Assembly: GCA_963832165.1 (NCBI GenBank)
Contig: CAWHTE010000004.1
Location: 640,001 to 704,000 of the forward strand
DNA: 64,000 nucleotides
Direction of reading: 5' to 3'
Source: an uncultured delta proteobacterium
Lineage (GTDB): Bacteria; Myxococcota_A; UBA9160; SMWR01
Below the pieces are notes generated by a model that saw nothing but the letters and a program-made list of their open reading frames with translations, had not been told where the DNA came from and did no database searches. Positions 58,839 through 64,000 of the stretch are shown in pieces. Position 1 is the first letter of the stretch; the number at the start of each line of letters is the position of its first letter. The position numbers were made by a program, and so were the translations under genes.

Positions 58839-59886
58839 TCAGCTCTCCGAAGCTTTGCGCGTGGGGGTGATCGCTTCCATCGCGTATTCGTTGCGGCCCT
58901 GTTTCGCGAGCTCGAAGAACGCGGGCCCGAACGGATTCTCGCCGAGCAGAGGCATCGAGCCGCGCCGGATCGTCCAGTCGAGCGGCGCGAGCTCACCCGC
59001 ACGCTGGAAGTGGCGCTCGGCGGCCTCACGGCGGCCCGCCTGGTGCAGATGCCACGCGAGTGCGCGCTCCGCGCGCGCGAGCTGGGTCTCGCGCGTGGGC
59101 GCGGGCGAGTGGCGCCGCACCTCGTCTGCGGTCAGCGCGCCGCTGCCGTCGCGCACCCACGCGCGCAGCATCTCGAGATAGGGGCCCGACTCCTTGCCCG
59201 TGTACGACGCGAACGTGTCGGTGCCGAACTGTGCGTCGTGCGGGCGGCAGATCCGGCCGCGCTCGTCGATCCAGATCATCGTGGGCACGTTGCTGATGTG
59301 ATAGAGCTCGGCCACGCGGTGGTCGCTGTCGATCAGGCTCGGATGCGTCGCGCCCGAGCGCTCGATGAACGGGCGCACGTCGTCGGCGCGATCGAGCGCG
59401 ACCGTGATGGGCATGAAGCCGGCGTCCCCGAGCTCTTCGTACATTGCCTGCCAGACCGGCAGGTCCTCGCGGCAGCCTCACCAGGACGCATAGGCGATCA
59501 GCAGCACCTTCTTGCCGCGGTAAGTCCGTGAGCGAGTGCATGCGGCCCGCGAGATCGGGCAGCGTGAAGTCGGGCGCCTCGAGCGTATGGAGCGCCGCGG
59601 CGCGATCGTCGGGCCTCTCACCGAGCGCGGCGACGCGCTCCGTGGTGTCGAGCGCGAGCGGGCGGTCGAGCAGTGTCGCGAGCGTCTCGAGGTCGAGACC
59701 GCCGTCGCGCACGAGCGACGCGCGGTCGCGCACCGGAATGCACACCGAGCCGCGGCACAGACCTTCGGGTGCGAGCTTCCAGCCGAGTGCCGCCTCGACG
59801 TCCGCGGGATCCGCCAACGCGCGGCCGCCGGTGAACTGCGCGCCGATCGCGTGGCGCCGCTCGCCGTCGATGAGCGTGAGCATCAT
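58839..59886 (-). CDS. Redoxin (AhpC/TSA, TlpA-like) selenoprotein; in-frame UGA at 59478-59480; extra base near 59522
   Basis: APDFTLPDLAG..RGKKVLLIAYASW-TGA-GCREDLPVWQ..NVPTMIWIDERG. Confidence 0.78.
59447..59463 (-). promoter_or_regulatory. Bacterial SECIS-like hairpin
   Basis: CCTGCC-GGTCT-GGCAGG, starting 14 nt after the UGA. Confidence 0.68.
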
Positions 59887-59916
59887 GCGGCGGCAGGATA
59901 GGACCGGGACTGCTCC

Positions 59917-60591
59917 CTAGCCAAGCCGGATCGCTCGGGCGCGCAGTGCGAGCGCCGCGAGGCCGAGCAGGAGCAGCGCCGCGCTGTGCGGCTCGGGGAC
60001 CTGCTGCATGTTCCAGCTGTCGATCGCGACGTCGACCGTGACCCGGCCGTCGAACGCGCCCAAGCCATCGACCGAGTTGAGCGTGAGGCGCACCTGGCTC
60101 CAGCCGATCGTGTCGTTGGGCACGAACGGCGCGGCCTCGCTGCCGTCGAAGGTCGATGCGCTGAAATCGAAGAACTCGACCTGAGCGACGTACCCCGCGC
60201 TCGGGCTCGGATTGGTCACCGGGTCGAGGTCGGACAGCAGGATCGCACCCGACTGCCATACGTCGACCAGGACCAGGAACGGATCGGTCGCCACCACGCG
60301 GTCGTCGATCAGCGCGATCTCGTGCGGGTCCGCGGTCGACGAGAACAGGTAGCTCCCGAGCTGGAACACCAGCTGGCCCAGGCCGACCACGAACGGGCTG
60401 CTCGAGCTCGCCGACGTCGGATCGACGTCGTAGGTGCCCGTCACGCCTCCGCCGGGTGCCACCGAGCCGTCGAGCACAGTCGCGGTGCCACCGACGGTGA
60501 GGACCGTCCCCGAGAACCCGACGGTGAGCGCACCTGCGGGAGCGGCAAGGCACAGGCAGAGCATGAGCACGACGCGCAAGGCGTAGAGCAT
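59917..60591 (-). CDS. PEP-CTERM sorting domain protein
   Basis: Signal peptide ending PAGA; VPEPHSAALLLLGLAALALRAR tail. Confidence 0.85.
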   Translation of the reverse strand: MLYALRVVLMLCLCLAAPAGALTVGFSGTVLTVGGTATVLDGSVAPGGGVTGTYDVDPTSASSSSPFVVGLGQLVFQLGSYLFSSTADPHEIALIDDRVVATDPFLVLVDVWQSGAILLSDLDPVTNPSPSAGYVAQVEFFDFSASTFDGSEAAPFVPNDTIGWSQVRLTLNSVDGLGAFDGRVTVDVAIDSWNMQQVPEPHSAALLLLGLAALALRARAIRLG

Positions 60592-60679
60592 ATCGAGGTG
60601 TGGGCCTCACGCGCCGGTTGTGTCAGAAAACGCGGGCTGATGCGCGTGGAAGTTGCAGCCCGGTACCGACCCCATCGGG

Positions 60680-61453
60680 CTAACGCCCGCTGAACTTGGG
60701 CTCTCGTTTGTGGAAAAATGCCCCGATCGCTTCCCGGGTATCTTCGCTCGCGACGTTCACGCTCTGGGCCATTCCCTCGGCCTCGAGCGCCTCGGCGAGC
60801 CCGCCCGCGAACGCCTGATTGAGCAGCCGCTTGCTCATCGCGAGCGCGAGCGGGGGGCCCGCGGCGAGCCGGCCCGCCCAGTCGTCCACGAGCGCGTCGA
60901 GCTCGGCGTCGGGCACCACGCGGTTCACGAGCCCGATCCGCTCGGCCTCCTCGGCCGTGATGATCTCGGCGAGCAGCGCGAGCTCCTTGGCGCGGTGGAG
61001 CCCGATCAGACGGGGCAGGAGCCACGAGCCGCCGACGTCGAGCGAGAGTCCGCGTCGAGCGAAGATCTCCGACAGGCGCGACGTCGACGACGCCGCGATC
61101 AGGTCGCAGCCCAGCGCCAGGTTGAGTCCGGCGCCCACCGCGAAGCCGCGGATTTTCGCGATCGCGGGCTTGGGCAGCTGGTGCAGCGCGAGTGCCACCG
61201 AGCCGTAGAAGCGCATGTGGTCGAGCTGGTGGCGCTCGGGCGTGCCGGCCGGGCCGAGGTCGGCGCCCGCGCAGAAGTTCCCGCCCGCGCCCGAGAGCAC
61301 GAGCACGCGGTCGGTCGCGCTGTGCGTGATCTCATCGAATACTTGGAGTAGCTCCTCGAACATCCGGTAATCAATCGCGTTTTTCTTCTCGGGCCGGTTG
61401 AGCTCCACGCTCACGACCCCGCGCTCGTCGCGCTCCACGTTCAGCGTCTTCAC
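60680..61453 (-). CDS. Enoyl-CoA hydratase/isomerase
   Basis: NRPEKKNA, FCAGADL, GAGLNLALGCD, WLLPRLIG. Confidence 0.9.
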   Translation of the reverse strand: MKTLNVERDERGVVSVELNRPEKKNAIDYRMFEELLQVFDEITHSATDRVLVLSGAGGNFCAGADLGPAGTPERHQLDHMRFYGSVALALHQLPKPAIAKIRGFAVGAGLNLALGCDLIAASSTSRLSEIFARRGLSLDVGGSWLLPRLIGLHRAKELALLAEIITAEEAERIGLVNRVVPDAELDALVDDWAGRLAAGPPLALAMSKRLLNQAFAGGLAEALEAEGMAQSVNVASEDTREAIGAFFHKREPKFSGR

Positions 61454-61524
61454 GGGCTCCCCCTGGCTTTCGATGGGTCGATTCTCGCAGAAAGCCACTG
61501 CGGGACACCCAGTAACATGCAGCG

Positions 61525-62790
61525 GTGAACGCCCTGCGCGCGGACGGCGGTGCGATGCCCGCGCTGCGGCGCTGGGCCGGGCAGACGTTTGCGGCGCTCT
61601 CGGTCGCGCCATTCCGCACGCTCTGGTTCGGCACGCTGGCTTCGTTCCTCGCGTTCTTCATGTCGACGATCGTGAACAGCGTGGTCGCGTTCGAGCTCAC
61701 GGGCGCGAATCGCGCCGTCGGTACGGTGATCTTCGCGCAGGGCATCGCGATGTTCGCGTTCGGTCCGTTAGGCGGCGCGTTCGCCGATCGCTGGCCGAAG
61801 CGGCGCGTGGTCGCGACCGGGCAGACCGCGGCCGGAATGGTGTTCGCGGTGCTCGGCGGACTCGTGCTCGCGCAGTCGATCGCGATCGTGCACCTCGCGA
61901 TCGGCGCGTTCGCGATCGGCGTGTGCTTCGCGTTCATCGGGCCGGCGCGCCAGGCATTCGTGGTGGATCTCGTGCCGCCGCACCAGCGCGGGAATGCGAT
62001 GGCGCTGTCGCTCGTTGCGAACAACGCGGCGCGGATCGGCGGCCCCGCGATTGCTGGCGTGCTGCTCGCGTGGGATGCCGCCGGCGCGGGCCCCGCCTAC
62101 CTCGTGATGGGCGCGCTCTACGTGGGCACGGCCGCAAGCCTCTCGCTGCTTCCGCGTTCGGTCGGCCGCGCCGACCTCGCCACGAACGTGCTCGCCGACG
62201 TCGCGGACGGTCTGCGCTACGCGCGGCGCCAGCCTCAGCTGCGCGTGCTGCTGCTCCAATTCGCCGCGGTCGTGATGGGTGGCTTTCCGTACGTCGCGGT
62301 GATGCCGGGCCTGGTCGAGAACTCCCTCGGTCACGGCGCCGAGGGGATCAGTCTGCTCGCGGGGACCGCCGCCGCGGGCGGTCTCTTGACGAGCGTGCTC
62401 GTGGCCCGCCTCGCCGATGCGCCGCGCGCGCGCGCGATCACCTCGGGCCTCGGCCTCGGCTTCGCGCTGTCGCTGTTCGCGATCGCAATCGCGCCGAGCT
62501 TCGCGCTCGCAGCGCTCGCGTCGTTCGCGGTCGGCGCAACGAGCGGCGGCTATCAGACGCTCGCGACCTCGGTGATGCTGAACACGACCGAGACCGCCTA
62601 CATCGGGCGCGTGATGTCGCTCACGATGATGGCGTTCGCGGGCTTCGGCGTGACGGCGCTGCCGCTCGGCTGGATCGCCGACGGCCTGGGCGAGCGCGCC
62701 GCGCTCGCGCTGATGGGCGCTGCGGTGGCACTCGCGGTGGTGGTGAGCGCGGTCGCGCTCGCGCGAGCTAGCGTCCGCGCCACGCCGTAG
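61525..62790 (+). CDS. MFS transporter
   Basis: GAFADRWPKRR motif A; about 12 hydrophobic segments; start may be the ATG at 61555. Confidence 0.9.
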   Translation: MNALRADGGAMPALRRWAGQTFAALSVAPFRTLWFGTLASFLAFFMSTIVNSVVAFELTGANRAVGTVIFAQGIAMFAFGPLGGAFADRWPKRRVVATGQTAAGMVFAVLGGLVLAQSIAIVHLAIGAFAIGVCFAFIGPARQAFVVDLVPPHQRGNAMALSLVANNAARIGGPAIAGVLLAWDAAGAGPAYLVMGALYVGTAASLSLLPRSVGRADLATNVLADVADGLRYARRQPQLRVLLLQFAAVVMGGFPYVAVMPGLVENSLGHGAEGISLLAGTAAAGGLLTSVLVARLADAPRARAITSGLGLGFALSLFAIAIAPSFALAALASFAVGATSGGYQTLATSVMLNTTETAYIGRVMSLTMMAFAGFGVTALPLGWIADGLGERAALALMGAAVALAVVVSAVALARASVRATP

Positions 62791-62806
62791 CACGAAGGGA
62801 TCTCAC

Positions 62807-63577
62807 GTGGAGAAGCAGCAACTCGATTCGTTGTTCCGGCTCGACGGCCGCGTCGCGATCGTCACGGGCGGCAGCCGCGGCATCGGCCGCGCGATCGCAG
62901 AGGGCTTCGCGCTCGCGGGAGCGCGCGTGGTGATCGCGAGCCGCAAGGCGGACGCGTGCGCGGAGACCGCCGAGGCGATCCAGAAGCGCGGCGGCGAGGC
63001 GCTCGCGGTGCCCACCCATCTCGGCGAGCTCGATCAGCTCGAGCGGCTCGTCGAGGCGACGGTCGGGCGCTTCGGCGGCATCGACATCGTCGTGAACAAC
63101 GCGGCCAACGCGCTCGCGCTGCCGTTCGGCCAGGTGACGCCGGAGGGCTGGGAGAAGTCGTTCGCGGTCAATCTGCGCGGGCCCGTGTTCCTGGTGCAGT
63201 ACGCGCTGCCCGCGCTCACCGCGAGCGGGCGCGCCTCGGTGATCAACGTGTCGAGCGCGGGCGCCTATCTCTTCTCGGGCTTCCAGCACATGTACGCGGC
63301 CGCGAAGGCGGGCCTGCTCGCCTACACGCGGTCGCTCGCGGCCGAGCTCGCACCGCGCAAGATCCGCGTGAACGCGATCGCGCCGGGCACGATCGACACC
63401 GACATGGTGCGCAACAACCCGCCCGAGGTGCAGGAAGCGATGGCGAAGGCGTCGCTCTTGCGGCGCGCCGCCGAGCCCGACGAGGTGGTCGGCCTGGCGC
63501 TCTACCTCGCGAGCGATGCATCGAGCTTCGTCACGGGCGCCTCGATCAACATCGACGGGGGCCTGGTGCCGCGATGA
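62807..63577 (+). CDS. SDR oxidoreductase
   Basis: TGGSRGIG, NNAA, YAAAK. Confidence 0.92.
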   Translation: MEKQQLDSLFRLDGRVAIVTGGSRGIGRAIAEGFALAGARVVIASRKADACAETAEAIQKRGGEALAVPTHLGELDQLERLVEATVGRFGGIDIVVNNAANALALPFGQVTPEGWEKSFAVNLRGPVFLVQYALPALTASGRASVINVSSAGAYLFSGFQHMYAAAKAGLLAYTRSLAAELAPRKIRVNAIAPGTIDTDMVRNNPPEVQEAMAKASLLRRAAEPDEVVGLALYLASDASSFVTGASINIDGGLVPR

Positions 63578-64000
63578 TGGGCCTGCTCGAAGGCAAGGTC
63601 GGCCTCGTCACGGGCGCCGCGCAGGGGCTCGGGCGTGCGACCGCGCTGCTCGCGGCACGCGAGGGATCGGCCGTGGTGATCGCGGACGTGCAGGAGCCGG
63701 CCGGCGAGGCCGTCGCGGCAGAGATCGCGGCCGCGGGCGGGCGCGCGCTGTTCGCACGCACGGACGTGTCGATCGCGGCCGAGGTCGAGTCGCTCGTGAA
63801 GCGCACCGTCGACGCGTTCGGCCGACTCGACTGGGCGTGCAACAACGCGGTGGGTGGCGCGGGTGGCTTCGGCTGGCTGCATGAGATCGACGACCGCACC
63901 TGGGACCGCACGATCGCGGTGACGCTGTCAGGTGTCTTCTACGCGATGAAGTACGAGATCCCCGCGATGCTCGCGAGCGGCGGTGGATCGATCGTGAACA
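63574..64000 (+). CDS. SDR oxidoreductase (runs off window end)
   Basis: MMGLLEGKVGLVTGAAQGLG...FGRLDWACNNA...GGSIVN. Confidence 0.88.
   Translation, partial: MMGLLEGKVGLVTGAAQGLGRATALLAAREGSAVVIADVQEPAGEAVAAEIAAAGGRALFARTDVSIAAEVESLVKRTVDAFGRLDWACNNAVGGAGGFGWLHEIDDRTWDRTIAVTLSGVFYAMKYEIPAMLASGGGSIVN

Noticed and set aside
1..64000. tRNA, rRNA, prophage or IS transposase genes
   Set aside because: No recognisable signatures found by eye; a tRNAscan/Rfam/ISfinder run would be needed to exclude them formally.

Overview
Very GC-rich bacterial DNA. The gene content (PEP-CTERM and IPTL-CTERM proteins, many SDRs, acyl-CoA dehydrogenases and CoA transferases) suggests a Myxococcota/deltaproteobacterium-like organism, probably a long-read assembly given about ten single-base frameshifts; both points are inference. 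From left to right the window holds: a TPR/beta-barrel gene and a FecR-like gene with Pro-rich repeats; a cobalamin-riboswitch operon (two PEP-CTERM proteins, a TonB receptor and a lipoprotein); a dgt-cutA-hyp-hyp-queE-PilZ cluster; a MoxR/DUF58/transglutaminase triad; prmA; a TetR-controlled aromatic ring-hydroxylation/ring-cleavage cluster with a P450; a GH29 fucosidase; an acyl-CoA synthetase; and a sulfotransferase. The most notable signals are: (1) an ~8 kb accessory island (49.6-57.6 kb) with integron gene cassettes, two intact attC sites, several degenerate ones, two similar attI-like sites and a CTG-N10-CAG (SOS-box-like) palindrome, but no integrase; (2) a ~40-bp repeat inserted in frame into three unrelated genes, each time read as QVxRSEPKASxD(H/Q), with a related copy in cutA; (3) a redoxin selenoprotein hidden from the ORF track (in-frame UGA plus a SECIS-like hairpin); (4) GTAG-type REP/REPIN elements and an unexplained ~200-nt structured element closed by a 25-bp inverted repeat.
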